A stretch of DNA of 58,945 nucleotides, counting the filler, from Sluysia triapertura (Eukaryota), in assembly GCA_046118255.1 (NCBI GenBank). It is 4 parts of 4 records of this genome, joined end to end, with 100 filler letters (N's around TTAATTAATTAA, not from the genome) between each part and the next. Parts side by side here need not be neighbours in the genome. Positions count along the whole stretch, not along the records: positions 31,420 to 45,421 come from JBJNIA010010984.1; positions 45,522 to 58,945 come from JBJNIA010040468.1; 2 more parts are not named here. One strand, given 5' to 3'. This document shows positions 39,268-53,700 of this stretch, one piece after another; the stretch's first letter is position 1; each line of letters begins with the position of its first letter. Made by a program: the position numbers and the translations under genes. Below the pieces are notes generated by a model. That model was not told the origin of the DNA. It ran no database searches and saw only the letters and a program-made list of their open reading frames with translations.

Positions 39268-40378
39268 AGAGCAATGAAGATGAAAACTTCTATAAACATT
39301 TTGGAAATTGAACATACATTGGAGTTCTAAAGACTTTTATAAGGTGATGAGACCTTATGGAGACTTGAGATGGGTTTGGATAAACTTTGATATTGTGAAC
39401 TTTGAGATCATTTATGATTTTATTGACCCCTACGTAATCGTAAAACTTTCATAAACATCTGATACCTTTGAGTAATTAAATAAAAAGTATTAAAACGTTT
39501 GAGAAATAGAGTCGTCGTTACTAATGTTATTGCGTCTTAAAACAATAACAATAACCCAATATTAATTTACGTTACTTAAATAAAATCTTAAATAATATCA
39601 CAAATTTTCATATTTTGATAATGACAGTTATTCGAAATTACGTTGTTAATTTTAAATAATATTAAATAATAATATTAAATAATAATAAAAAAATCAAATT
39701 CAAATTGTTATTATGATTCTCTGCTAAAACAATAATATAATTAAACTAAATGAAAAATAATTGAATTTCGAAATGAACCATAAAATTTATAACAATGTTA
39801 GGACCGCAACAATCAATCCAAAGAAACCAGCGGCGATGCAACAAACAACAAAAATTAAAATTAAAAATTTAATATCTACAGAAATTAAAGTCGATAACAA
39901 TTATATTTATATCTTGTCAATATCTTTATTTTAACTTAGTAACCAAAAAGCTGTAAGAATAATTTGGCAGAGTCTTCCACTATTCAATAAAAATCATTAA
40001 CTAAAATTTAAAAATTAAAATTCAATCTTAAAATAATAATTAAATATATAACTTAAGACAATCCAAAGTAATCCGGGCAGGGAGCCTTCCAAACTATTCA
40101 AGTTTATTAATAAACAAAACTATTTTTAATAATTAAAATTATAAAATAAACAAAAGTTACCACAATCATGGATTTTTTCCTTATTTCTTGTATATGTTAT
40201 CCATTTTGTTGTGTCAAAAATTTTCTGAGTATTCGCTTTTACATTTTTATCGTTCAATCACAAATCATCAAAACCTTTTTAAGATTAAACCGACTTTGAC
40301 GCTTACATGGTACTAACTATCAAGCAAAAGAAAACATCTTTTCTTCTACTCTACTCGATCTAGTTTTTCATGAATCAC

Positions 40379-40437
<59 letters not shown>

Positions 40438-41072
40438 GACATACTTAAAAATATGAATTTAACTTTAGTTTTTACAGTTTAATTAATCTTCAATTCCTCA
40501 CACACAATATTTAATGGAAATTGTTTAAGCTTCTCATTCCCAAACAAACGATTACACAAACATTTCAACCTCATTTTCGAATTCTCTTTTTCATAGCAAT
40601 CAATCCATGCCTAACTCATCATCTCTTCATCATTCTAAATACGAAAATTTCATCATTTTAAATTAAAAATTAATTAAAATCCGACTTTGCTCAATATAGA
40701 GGCCTTTCTCGTAAGAACTCAGTCAAACCTTATCTTTATCGGAAGGTATCTTTAAAACACATACACATTTACCGTTTTAACATAGCATCCCCCATTCAAA
40801 AGTTGTTCGCACAAACGTGATTTTTTATTAATTATTTATTTATTTTAACTTATTTTGTTCAAAGTTTAAAGGTTTTATCATGGTTATAAAGTCGTTAAAT
40901 ACTTTATAAGGTACTCAGGAGGCTTTAGATGTTTTCACCTTCACCAATCTGATTCATTTTTCTGCTTTTTTAGTTTAATTATTAATGTATTAAATTTATC
41001 TTTAATATTATTAACCATGATTTTAATTCTTGAACATTTAAAAGGTTCCAAACATTTTACAAGATTACTCGA
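39268..41072. mobile_element. Foldback/MITE-like element, copy 1 (left long inverted repeat and core; right end disrupted by the Tc1-like relic)
   Basis: 39268-39470 is the reverse complement of ~48000-48223. Segments 39530-39830 and 40560-41070 are direct homologues of 47220-47990. Confidence 0.65.
40379..40437. repeat. (ATT)n microsatellite
   Basis: Read directly. Confidence 0.95.
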
Positions 41073-41720
41073 AGTATAACTTTAGAATCTCTAAAGGAAA
41101 AGCTTTTTAGGTAATATAACTTCAATGTTTCTATTGTCACAATATCAAAATATAAAAAAATTTGAATTTAGCTTTAAACGAATTTCCTTAGAACCTGAAC
41201 TTAGATATGACGCAGCGAATATTGAAGGGATACCTAAATATACTCAAGATTTCTTAAATTTATGTGGAAGTATTGATAAATCTAACATAACTTTTATCAA
41301 TGAAGTTAATTTTAATGTTTCAGTGCGGGTAATCTGTGGTCGTTCTTTAAATGGTACGCGAGCTACACAAAGTACGAAATGTAAGGTCAAAAAATATATC
41401 GTTGTGCGATTTCTAAAATTGGTATAAAATATGTTCACAAAACTAATGCGTTTAATACGTCAAGTTTTGAAGAATTTCTAGAAAACCTACTTACTGATCT
41501 CATTGAAGGAAGAAATAAGATAAAGGATTTAAATGTACTTACCATTGTACTTTCGTTTTTGAATCTTATAGAAAATGCCTTTTCGAAATGGAAAAATTGT
41601 GTGAATAGAAAAAACAGAAAAACGAAGAACATTTTAATTACATTAATTATAGAAATAATTTTATAACTCCAAACGATTGTTGTGGTTTCTACCCACATAC
41701 GTTGTCTTACATTTTAATAT
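41073..41720 (+). mobile_element. Tc1/IS630-like (DDE_3) transposase pseudogene
   Basis: SFKRISLEPELR, ITFINEVNFNVSVRVICGRSLNGTRA (cf. FIDEVGFNVSMR..GRS..GT.A) and SFLNLIENAFSKWKNCV (cf. SPFLNPIE.AFSKWK). The first catalytic D appears as N. Frameshifts and deletions present. Confidence 0.85.
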
Positions 41721-42984
41721 CAATAGCTAGAGCCCATTAATAATGGTTATTTAAATTTAGTAATATTTATGATTTAGTATGTTTGTAATATTAAAATTTC
41801 TCTATATTCTTTGATAAATTCAAAATGTGGGTTAAAACCCTGTACTTAGTGGATTTTCAACTTAGCCATTATTTAAAACAAATTCAATACTGATATAAAC
41901 AGCCTCGAACGTCTTATTTATTTCGTTTATAATTAATATTTGTTATAAAAGCGGAACTTAAAGTCGGACTTAATGAAATCTATGTACGTGAGATGTTTCT
42001 TTTTGCATACAAACATACTTATTCAGATATTTATTTATACCTTCAAATAACCAAGTAGAAGTTACAGGCGCATGCATCGATCTTATATTATAATTCTTTT
42101 TATTACAGTATAGGTTAATTAACTAACTTTGGGAAATTTATATACAAATATACAATTTTAAAAACAATACAATATGTATATATATATATTCGCATTTGAA
42201 ACAAATTAAATATTTTCCTACCAACTTATCTTTTATTCTTTACATCAGATCGCTGTTCCATTTTTGTTTTTGCTGGTTTGAACTTTGTTGCTATTTTTGG
42301 TTTCTTTACAAAATCTCGCCAACTATTTACTCGACTTTCGGTACTGGCCTAATTATTAATGTATTATATAAAATACAATATACGTAAAAGAATTTAGTCA
42401 TTAAATATTTCAAAGAAAAGATTTGTTTTTAAAGCAATGTAGAATTAAAAATTATTAATAGATGTATTTAAATAAAAGAAGTTTATGTTTTTATTATTTT
42501 CATTTTTGTTTTATTATTATATTATTTTTATTTTATTATTATATAATTATTATCAAACATTTTATTATCATCACTATGATCAAGATTAATTATTATTCTT
42601 ATTACACACAAAAGTTAATTTTATTTCGTCAATTTCGACATCATTTTGTATAATACTGAATTGCCTGTCACAATTTCTCAAGAACTACATGGTGTCAGGC
42701 AAGCATTTTAGTCATTCTTTAATTGTGCAGCGTTTCAATTTCCTGGATTGGGGTTGGTTGAATCAGTGCTGATTCTGCTCCACCAACCAATCACTGGCAA
42801 TTCGTTGTGTTATTCAATAATTATTAAAAATTAGCTCACAATTAAAAGTTATAAATTTATAAAAAATATTTTTAGTTAAAAATAGTAAAAAACAATTATC
42901 AATTAGTAAACAACAATTTTGTTCTTACACTTAATGAATTTATTAAACGAAAACTATCAATTGAATTATGCAAGTCGAATAAAA

Positions 42985-43196
42985 GGCCCTAAAAGAATGA
43001 TTTCAGATATCGTGAAATTGATTTAAAACAACTATTGAAAGACTATGGTGTAATTCTAGATGTGGACATTATTTTTAATAAAAAAGGATTCGGCTTTGTT
43101 ACTTTCTAAAACGCATTTGATGCAGATAAAGCAAAAAATGATTTAAATGGAAAAGTAGTACGACGTAAATTGGAAGTTAATGTTGCTAGTCCCAGA
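42985..43196 (+). pseudogene. Rbfox (Fox-1 family) RRM pseudogene, intronless
   Basis: GPKR/ /[64 protein letters not shown] versus Fox-1 [82 protein letters not shown]2 is deleted and there is a TAA at 43107-43109. Confidence 0.85.
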
Positions 43197-45104
43197 TCTA
43201 TCTTCAACAAAAGAAAAAAAATAAGTTTCGATGAAACTAATGTTTACAATTTAGCAAATACCGAAGTGTCGTGTTCAGAGAAATTTGTTGCCATTTTCAT
43301 TTTGATAATACTTTTAGAAATCTAAGACTTTCCAAAGTGTGCAAACATTGTAAAGCATTTAATACAAGTGATATGGAGAAGCTGGAATCCATAAAAAGAG
43401 CTGTTTCTTCAGATATAGTATCCAACCAACTAAAAAAATGAATATAACATGAGTTACAACAAAGTTGGGATGTCAATCCAGTACAGACGATTTTGGTATG
43501 TCGTAGATTTGGTCACTCATGCCAATATGGCCATAATATTTTCGAAACGAATTCTAACCTTATCAGTGATTACAATTCAAATGATCATATGAATAGATTC
43601 AACAAATTATTACTTTCTTTACGAATAAATCCCATAAATTCGCTATCTACATACGACAATTACGAACCAAGCAATAAACATAAGGAACATCAGCTGGTTC
43701 CTAACTACAGATTAAAGTCATGAGTAAACTTTATTATTATAAAAATTTTTATATATAGTTACAACCTTTATTTTTTTTAATGTGCTCTGTGAAACAATCG
43801 CTGATTGTCCAAGATGCAAGTCATTCACCCATATTCCTTATAAGATCAATAGTCGTTAAAACTTCTACCATTAAAATTTATGCTATAAAAAATAAAACTG
43901 TAGAAATGTGTTTTAAAAATATGTATAATTTTCTTTTGCTAAGTTGTCATAAATGTATTAATTTTTTAATTCAAAACAATTTAATTATAAAATTTTGATT
44001 GCTAAATATATAATAGTAATAATTAGTAATAGTAATAATTAAAATAGTAATAATTAGTAATAGTAATAATTAAAATAGTAATAATTATCTTCTAATAATA
44101 AAAACCTTCGAACAACCCCCAAAATGTTGATATGAAATACGATAATAATCGTTATTTTTATCATCTTTATATTTTTCCTTTTTAACTTTCAAAGTTTTAA
44201 CGTATACAAAATTGAAATCAAACACTTCGAATTTTACTACAGTTTCAGTATCTACCTATTTAACATCTCATGAATACTGTGAATACTCCTTTGATACACT
44301 CGATAATTCGAGGCAACTTAATTTCCATTACAAAGTAATTGATGATTCTCATCTAGAGTATGACGACAGAAAGAATATTCACAGATCAGATGAAATTGGT
44401 TGTATTGTCGATTTATTGTACCCTGAAGATAACTTTAATATATTACAAATAAAAATTTTTACTATTATTTTTTATAGATGTGTTATGTTATTCGACAAAA
44501 TTTAAATCAGGAATCTTATTCGTCTGATAAATTATATATTATTTTTAGTTATTATTTTGGTAAGAATATTTCGAACTTAGTAAGTTCGGAAAACATTTTC
44601 AGCGAAAAAATATTAATTCTGATGTTGCTGAAGTAAAAAGGGCTTACTACATAATAAATAAAACGTCAAAAATATACGATGAAGTTGTCACTCAATTAGC
44701 CAGAGTATAAGGCGTGAAGATATTAACCATTGCAATTCTTACAAAGTAACAATGATATTTGAAATTCATATATGGATCTCTAAAAACGGCTATCTCAGTT
44801 GATTCATCAAGAAGATAATTCAAATTTTAAAATTACATATTTTTCTACTATATTAGTTTAGCCATATTATAATTCACATTATAATTCATTTCTTTTTTAA
44901 TGATTATAGGTCTATTTGTTATTACATCGCTATCGTTCCATTTAAACTATTTCTATTTCTCACGTTCATTTTTTTATCGTTTCGCTTATTTTGATTTTAG
45001 CATATTTTAAGAGGTTTATTTTATAATTACTAAAAATTTATATTTGAATTTTTAATTATTATTTAAGATTTTGTTATGTTATTTATTTTCACAAAAAATC
45101 AAAC

Positions 45105-45180
45105 CTCATAATTTTTCTGAAACTCTCTTTCCACTTCGCGCTTAGCCTTTTCTTCTTCATCAGCCAAATGTTTACGCTTC
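45105..45180 (-). pseudogene. Isolated DNAJC8-like exon
   Basis: TAG|G AAG CGT...TAT GAG|GTTTGA gives KRKHLADEEEKAKREVEREFQKNYE, which aligns without gaps to DNAJC8 KRQREEEIEAQEKAKREREWQKNFE. A 37-nt GT..AG intron-like segment lies upstream. Neighbouring exons are not visible. Confidence 0.65.
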
Positions 45181-45421
45181 CTACATATAATTAAGATGTT
45201 TAACATAAGTAAGAAACCTTAATATTTACAAATATAAAAATATAGTGATATAGAAAACATTTATTAAAATTAAATTGTTAGGTTGCTAGCACTACTTTTC
45301 AACTTAAATAAGGCTTACCCAATTTTTATTGGTAACTGGCTATGATATTCCAAACTCTTACAATTTTAACCTTTAGTATACGAATTTATAGAAACTACAA
45401 AATGTGCTGGATATATATATA

Positions 45422-45521
45422 NNNNNNNNNNNNNNNNNNNNNNNNNNNNNNNNNNNNNNNNNNNNTTAATTAATTAANNNNNNNNNNNNNNNNNNNNNNN
45501 NNNNNNNNNNNNNNNNNNNNN
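45422..45521. other. Assembly linker
   Basis: N44-TTAATTAATTAA-N44. Confidence 0.95.
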
Positions 45522-47134
45522 TCTCTGTAAATAACGTGAAGGTAAACTTAAAGATTAACAATAAAAATACTTCTTGCTTCAACGTAAGCAACAGAGGACA
45601 CAATCGTCGGTAATGAACGTCAGATAACTTATAACTTATAAAAATGCAATGATAACAGGGACTAATGCATGTGGTTTAGATATAACTTTATGTGAATATT
45701 ATGTAAAAGAAAATGATTAATTTTCCTATAGATTATCAATAAATTTTAGTAGAATACCATTTCAACTAAATTCTATTTGTAACCTTAACTAACGTGAAAT
45801 ACTCCAATCCTTATATTAAAATTAACAATTATTACAAAAAAAAATATATATAAAAAACCGAAACAAAAAAGGTGAATTTTATACAATGATTACTATCCGA
45901 AAAAAACAATAATAATAATAATAATATAATATCGATAAAAAAAAGTTATTGTAATAAAGAATCTAGCCCGAAGACTCGATATATCTATAGTTATTTTATA
46001 ATAGACCTTAGAGGCCAACTAAAAGATAGTGATTTTATATTTTGGTGTGATTTTGTAATTGGTCTTAATGACCAACTGGAAATTAGATATTTAAAGTGAA
46101 AATTTTAACTCTTACAAGTCTACAAGTTATTTAAAATAAACTTAGTACTTAATCAATAAATTAAAAATTGCATTCGAATGTTCTAAATGAAAATTTCTTC
46201 TGGTGAATATTTAGCTGGATCTCAGATAATTGGAATTCGTGATCTCTATAATCGAATACGCGAGATCATATGGTTCTTCTTTTGAATAATTGGATTGAGA
46301 ACACCGTTTTGTCACCAAATAAAATCGAAATAGTAAATTGGTTTTACAAAATCAATATGACTCTTAAATTGAAATACAAAATGGCGAAGATACTGCTCTT
46401 TGTCTTTTCTTACATAGTCTTGTGATTATTAAGACACGTATTTATAATTTTGATTTGGTAAAACATTTTGGTCCAGAACATTCTTTTAAATTTTATTAAT
46501 TAAATTTTATATATAATCTTATAATTTTTTAAAGAATAATAATAATAATTTTTTGTACTTTTTTAACAATTTTTATAATAATGTGCAATTTTGAAAATTC
46601 TGATGACCTGGAATGGAATGACCTTAATTTTATTTTGAGATAAAATTCAAAATAAATTTCACAAATTTAGTCAAATTTTAATTTTAATTTTAACTATTAA
46701 TTTTTTGACTATGATTTTATTTCAATTTTTTTCTCTGGAGAACTGCTCTCAGAAATAAAACAAAAACTAAAATAAAATAAAATTAAATAATAATATCAAT
46801 GATAGGTAACTTTTAACTATAAGAGAATTCGTGGCTAGATTTATAGTAAAATTTATAATGAAAAGAGTTATTTAATTGATTTAAATACGTGAATATTTAA
46901 ACTAAGAGATACAATAAACATTACTCACCAAAACGTTAATTATTATTTTTCGGTGATAGCGAATAGTCCTCAGTTTACGTCAAGTCCGTGTCTTTTAAAT
47001 CGTCACACAGATTGCGATCTGTTAATAATAAACAGTTATGTATAAATTTTGTTAATAATAAACAGTTACATATAATAGAAAACACCATAAATGATAAATA
47101 GTAATTATGAATTTTAAGAAATAATTAATAATAA

Positions 47135-47203
47135 TAATACATAATACATAATACATAATGCATAATACATAATGCATAATACATAATACATAATACATAA
47201 TAA
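47135..47203. repeat. (TAATACA)n 7-mer minisatellite
   Basis: About 9-10 units, two with the TAATGCA variant. Confidence 0.9.
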
Positions 47204-47219
47204 TTCTGGTAATAAATTG

Positions 47220-48223
47220 TTATGCCTTAAAACAATAATAACAGTAATCCAATATTAATTTACGTTACTTAAATAAAATCTTAAATAATATCAAAAATTT
47301 TCTTATTTAGATAATGGTGTTCATTCAAAATTACGTACTTAATTTAAAATAATAACAAGAACTCAATAATATAATAATAAAATAGGTACATGTTTTTATA
47401 ATTCTCTACTTGAACAATAATATAATTAAGCTAAACGAAAATAACAAAAATGCGAAGTTAAGCATAAAATTTATGACAATATTACGACCACAACAATCAA
47501 TCTAAAGAAACCAACATTTCAACCTTATTTTCAGATTCTCCTATTTCATTGCAATCACTCCATACCAAATTCTTCATTTCTTCATCATTCTTAATGTTAG
47601 AATTTCATCATTTTAAATTAAAAATTAATTAAAATTTCGGCTTTCCTCGCATGAACTCGGTCAAACTTAATCTTCATCGAAAGGTCTCTTTAAAACATAT
47701 ACATGTACAATTACAGTTTTAACATAGCATTCCTCATTCAAAATTTATTCAACGTAATTTTTTTTAATTAAGTTAATTAAGATTTTATTTAATTAATTAA
47801 TTATTTTAACTTATTTTATTCTAAGTTTAAAGGATTTATTATGGTTATAATGTTATTAAATACTTTATAAGGTACTCAGGAAGCTCTAGATGTTTTCAAT
47901 TATTAATGTATTAAATTTATCTTTGATAATATGAACCATGATTTTAATTCTTGAACATTTCAAAGGTTCCAAACTTTTTACAAGGTTATTCGAAGGTCTC
48001 AAAAGTTTAATAAGGTCTCAAATGTCTTCAAAGATTCCGAAAGATCAACAAGGTCACAAATAATCCCAAGGTTCAGAAATTCAAAGGTATCTATACACTT
48101 CAAGGCACCTTTCCAAACCTTACTTAAGTTTTCATAAAGGTCTCAATACGATACAAAGGTCTTCGAACTCCAAGGTATTCTTCGGTTTCAAAATGATTAT
48201 AAACATTTTACCATTCTTGCTCT
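47220..48223. mobile_element. Foldback/MITE-like element, copy 2 (core and right long inverted repeat rich in AAGGT units)
   Basis: Direct homology to 39530-41070 without the ~730-bp internal segment. The terminal ~220 bp is inverted relative to 39268-39470. Confidence 0.65.
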
Positions 48224-50324
48224 GGGAATGTTTAATTATAAATAAATAAAAATAAATATAAAACTTGTATGTAAATTAAATAGTTAATCGATTATTCTAA
48301 AAATAAATTGTGTTAATTTTATCGATTATTTTAATGGGAATAATAATAATTATTATTAATGAGAATAATAATTAAAACGCTTGTTTTTATGCTTCAAGGT
48401 CACTGGACCTTTGGTATAAATATGGTAAGAAAAATAACAAATCAGATACGTATTTGGAAGTTTTTTAAAATCTTATTAATCAAAATACGAAGTTGAAGAT
48501 AAATCAATTAGAGAAGATTTAGGATTTTTCCGATAATTAATTAGAAAGAAACTTTTCAATATATTTTTCACAGGATTTTACTTATTATAGAGGTTTTAGG
48601 ATCTTTTCGATAACAGTTTACAATCGTTAGTTTGATTTTTTAAGTTTGTTCTTTTTTAATAAGATTGAAAAATCTTACGTAAAATCTCGATTAAAATTTG
48701 ATAGGAGTTGAAACATTAAATTAAAATCAAATTTTTTAGTGATGATACATTAATCTATAATATATTGTTATTAATTGCCATAGATTTTGCATAGTTTTTA
48801 TTCATTTGATAATAATAAACTTCATAATTTTATCTTTTGTTATAGAAGTATTTGTCAGATAAGGATACAGAATTTAATCGGTTGCAAAATCGACCAAAAA
48901 TATTAATTTAACAAGATGAAAAAGGTTACCGTTTTTGAAACACAGTGGTAAAGTAGTGCTCCAAATACAATTTGTGATTTTAAGAAAATTAATTCAATTT
49001 TTAGAGAAATATAGCATAAAGTACCAAAATTCAACATAAAAAGAAGTTTTCGAAGATACACATACTCTTTTACACCTCCATATAAGTTCTTCTAAATTGC
49101 TGCTTAAAACTAAGCCCTTAAGTGAATAAGACTAAGATTGTAAGAAACTTACAGAATAAGCAAAATAAACAAATTAAGCAAAACCCTAGCATATTTATAT
49201 TGTCTTATATAAGCTACTTTGTATCATTTTTTCTTGTATATATTTTAAAATCTATTCACTAACTGGGCAATCCCAACAAATATACTTTTTAAATGTTACA
49301 ATAAATAACTGTTCTTATACAAATTTAAAGTTACAAAATTCTGACTATAAAATTTTAAATCTATAAATGTTGACGCCAGTATTACCAATAATAAAAACTA
49401 GGTTACTAACCTTAATAAAATTTCCTATTTCGTATTATAATCAGTTGCAGAAGAATAAATCACAATTTCACTGTTTCCATAAATGGACTAAGGTAGCGTT
49501 CCTAAAGCTTAATAAGTCTTATTTCTTGTTTAGCTAACTATTTTTATTTTCTTTTTATTCTCTCTATTTTTCTAATATTACTACAAAAATAGCAGTTGAG
49601 TAATCGTTTAGGAGATTGGAAATTGGGTAACACGGAAATAATTATTTATTTAATTATCTACTCTTTTTTAATAATTTTAATAATTAAATTTCAACAGTAA
49701 TTTTCGCCTGTCCAATTTCATTATCTTTTGCAATTACCTAAAGATAATGGGATTTTTGATAAACAATCCCTTTATATTTTCAACATAATTAAATTAAAAT
49801 TTACATGAATATTATGTCATTAATGCAATTTATTAACTTAGATTAAGATTAAAATTAATGCAATATTACATTTATTTTTCAGAGTAATCTTTTGAATAAT
49901 ACTTTGTGCGTCAGGCATACGTCGAGTTCAGTAACACATTTGAATTGATACATTCATGAACGTTAATTTAATATGTCGTGTGCGTTAAATAATTTATTCT
50001 TTTTGAATTTGAATTTGAATTGATTTTTCTGTAAATTAAAAACATTAAACGTAGGTTTAAGGCCATTAAAGAAACAAAATAAGATAATGTGAACCATTCA
50101 AATAAACTTAAAACACGGAATTATATATTAAACAATAAAGCATCAAGAAATAATTCGTCCTTAAGGAAATATGTTATAGTTTGATTGATGTTACGTAGTA
50201 TTAATGTATTTTTTGTCAAAACAATATTTATTAATGAAAAAAAGGTAAGCAATAATTGTAGAAGAAAATATTGTAATATAAGATATTGATCTCTGTAATA
50301 TATTAATTATGATTTTATGACTAT

Positions 50325-50785
50325 AATATGCCATATACATACCATATGATGCATAAATATATTATAGTTTTCCTTGAATTACAAGAGACTGCAGTAAGAT
50401 TAATATATGAACACACTCCTGTCATGATAACACCGAAATTTAGAGTATTATTCGTAGAAAATATGGTATCAGAACATGGAGTTCATGATTTATTTCATCA
50501 GAACGTTTTAATTTAAATAAAAGTGATAGTAAGACAATCAGTGATAATATAAGTACTAATAAAATACGTAGATGCGAACATAAAATGCTTCATTGCATTA
50601 TAAACACCACAAAATTTATAAAATAAATTTATCACTAAACCATACATTCTTAAGAAATTGGAGGCAAGTCCCATCATTAATTTTGATATACCAGGTACAC
50701 TAGTATTCATTTTATGTTCACATTTTGTTGACTTCCTTTTTGAATTATAAGGCTTTGAGAAATTTGAACCTTGAAATCCATTCAT
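50325..50785 (-). pseudogene. Class A (rhodopsin-like) GPCR fragment, TM1-TM4
   Basis: One frame with several stops reads LMMGLASNFL (TM1 GN-like), STYFISTYIITDCL (TM2 D), GVIMTGVCSYINLTAVS (TM3; DRY region missing) and SRKTIIYLCIIWYVYG (TM4 W). Confidence 0.5.
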
Positions 50786-53700
50786 TTTAAATAATTAATA
50801 GACGCAGTAGATAATCTTTGTTCGAGTTTCAAATAGTACAAATCTTCAACGATACAAACATTCATTCAGTCGTCATAACTTCTGTTTTGTTGAACTTAAC
50901 TAATTATTAATTATAATTCATAATAAAATACCAACGAAACTACAATATTTATAAAAAAATAGATTTTTATGTAGATATTTAAATCATGAATTAGGTAAAT
51001 TATTATATAAAATTTATTTTATTTGTATAATTTTTAAAATAATAATAATAAATTAATTGTATTCTTAAGTGTAAATATCAATTAAAGAAATTACTATAAT
51101 GTGATATGATGTCATTATCTTCACAATCCAATATAAACTAATTCAGTATAAACTATTATTTTGATTATTTTAACAAATACATTATTAACTATATTATTGA
51201 CACTTATGTTTGGTTTGTAATAAATTAGAAGTGTTAAAGTGTTGCACAGAAATAAAATATGAAGAAATTAAAGATTACATGAAAATAATTACAATAAAAT
51301 TAGTGATAAAAAGATACGTGGTTTTAGCGGAAATAACAATAAAACCAGTGATAAAAATACCAGTAACAATAATAAGGTATTTATATATACACACGGGATA
51401 CTCAGACATACAAAAAAACAACAAACCAAATTTTGCAACAACGATAATAGTATACAAATTCTGGATGATTATACTAATTATGAAATTATTATGAGTTTAG
51501 TAGTGGTTTGATGTGTTATAGTTTATTGAATAACTTGTTTATGTAAGCTATGTTGATTTGTGTTAGTGTTTGTGATTGTTATGAGTTACTATAATTATAC
51601 TTAAACGTCATAACATATATAACTTTAATTTTATATTATTAAACTAACTAATTTTTATGTTATCTGCATCGACGTGCTTCATAACACTTCATCATTAAAC
51701 ACTAATAAAACTCATCATTACATACTAATTCTAATGTTATTTTATCATGAGCAAGCATTTTTTATCTTTTATTTTTTCATTTTGATTCAAATATTTTATA
51801 CACTTATTTTATTACCACCATTCATAATACTTTATCTTGATTCCTCAATGCTGTTTATTCCATTTTATGTTCCTTGTTATCTCTAGCCAAACCTAACAAA
51901 TGGCTATTTCCGTCTTTCAAATTTTCATACCTCCTAAGCGATTACCAAACTTCTATATAAACAGTCAGATTTCTGTAATAAAATCAAAAAAGATAGATAA
52001 AAACTTTATTTCCGAAAGGGACGCTGCTTCAACACATTTGTGATAAGCATTGTGATTGAGGACTTAACTTTATTAGCATTATTTTTATTGTTATGGTTAG
52101 AGATTTGCTTTTTTATCGTTTAATTACTGATAACTCAGGCGTCAGCATTTATCGCGCTATCTCACCCATTGAGTCCTTTTATAAAATACAAACTATGATT
52201 TATGATTCTGAATTTATATATTGTTTTTAAAGAATAATTGATAATTTTATTATTTCTGTGATATTTAAAGTATAACGAAATTACAAGTTATTTTTAATAT
52301 TGAGTTTACGTTGAATATTTCGAATAAAGACACATTAATAGCTCATTGAATATACTTCCGATAGACACATTTCTAGTATTTCGAATGACAGTATTTCACA
52401 GAATAAAATTCACAATTTATAATTCCCATTTCATTTAACGAATACATCCAACAGATCATCAACTATCAAATAAACATTATCTCTATAAAAACTCCTACGT
52501 CACACATCCAGATCGTGTAAGAATCAAATACAAAAAGCATACTAAAAATTCCTAAGTTAAGCCATAACATCCTGAATAATTTCATAAATTTCACACATTC
52601 TATACTTCAGAAATAATTAATTTATTATGTTTTATTTATGTAGGGTCGTGAGGAATTTGAATTATTTGAAAGCAGAATAATTTTAAGATTTATAAAAAAG
52701 AAAGATAAATGTAAGTACTTTTTATACATAAAACACTTATCGATTCGTACTCATAACCTCATTTAAAGATCATTACACTATTCCCCACACAATCTTGTGC
52801 ATGGAACTTTAACGCTTACAACATCTGTATTCCTAAATTACGAATATGTCACATTTATGCGACGCAGAAAGGATGTATGATAGATGTTTTAAATATTTAA
52901 CAACTAGTTTTATAATAATGTTAACGATGCAATAATTTAATCAATGAACTAGGGTGACGCAAGACCAAAATCAAATTATTCAAATTAAAAACTTCCCAAA
53001 ACATAATTCCATAAATAAATTATTAAAACAAATTTCAATAATTAAATTAGTTAAATTAATTAACAAGTGTACTTTAGTATTTTAACAAATAAAACCCTGT
53101 AAAAGGTTATTTCTTCGTATTTCTCATCGTTTTATTTTGATTCAAGTATTTCATATGCTTATCTTATTATTACAATTCATCATAATCCCCTATCTCAATT
53201 CCTCAATAATGTTCACCTTATTCTGTTATCCTGAGTCTTGAACCTGTATATCTAACTTTACCTTACCAATCCCAAAATTTTCCTTGACACTTTTGTCGTT
53301 GAAGCACTTGGTTCTTGGAATCCTGAAAATGATGTCCTTCTGAAAAATTAGGATTCCATAGGGTCGAGATAACTTTTCATCGAATCCTCCTTTAATATCT
53401 ACAAGGACATTTCCTCTAATATCCCACATAAATAATATTGTTAACATATGTGCTTAATCTTGTACCTTAATGAGTTTATTTATCCTCTATCTTGGAGCTT
53501 TTAATCTTTAATCTTTTGGTTTTTGGGAATCATCAATCTATTATACAAAAACTGATATTCTCTTTCACATTTTCATTTCATTCTTCTTCTTTCATTTTGC
53601 ATTCAATGGTTTTATTTCTTTATATCCTTTTATTTAATTAATTTATTTTTTCCCTTATTTATTTTCCTATATTCTCATTTCTTTATTTCACCCCGTCAAT

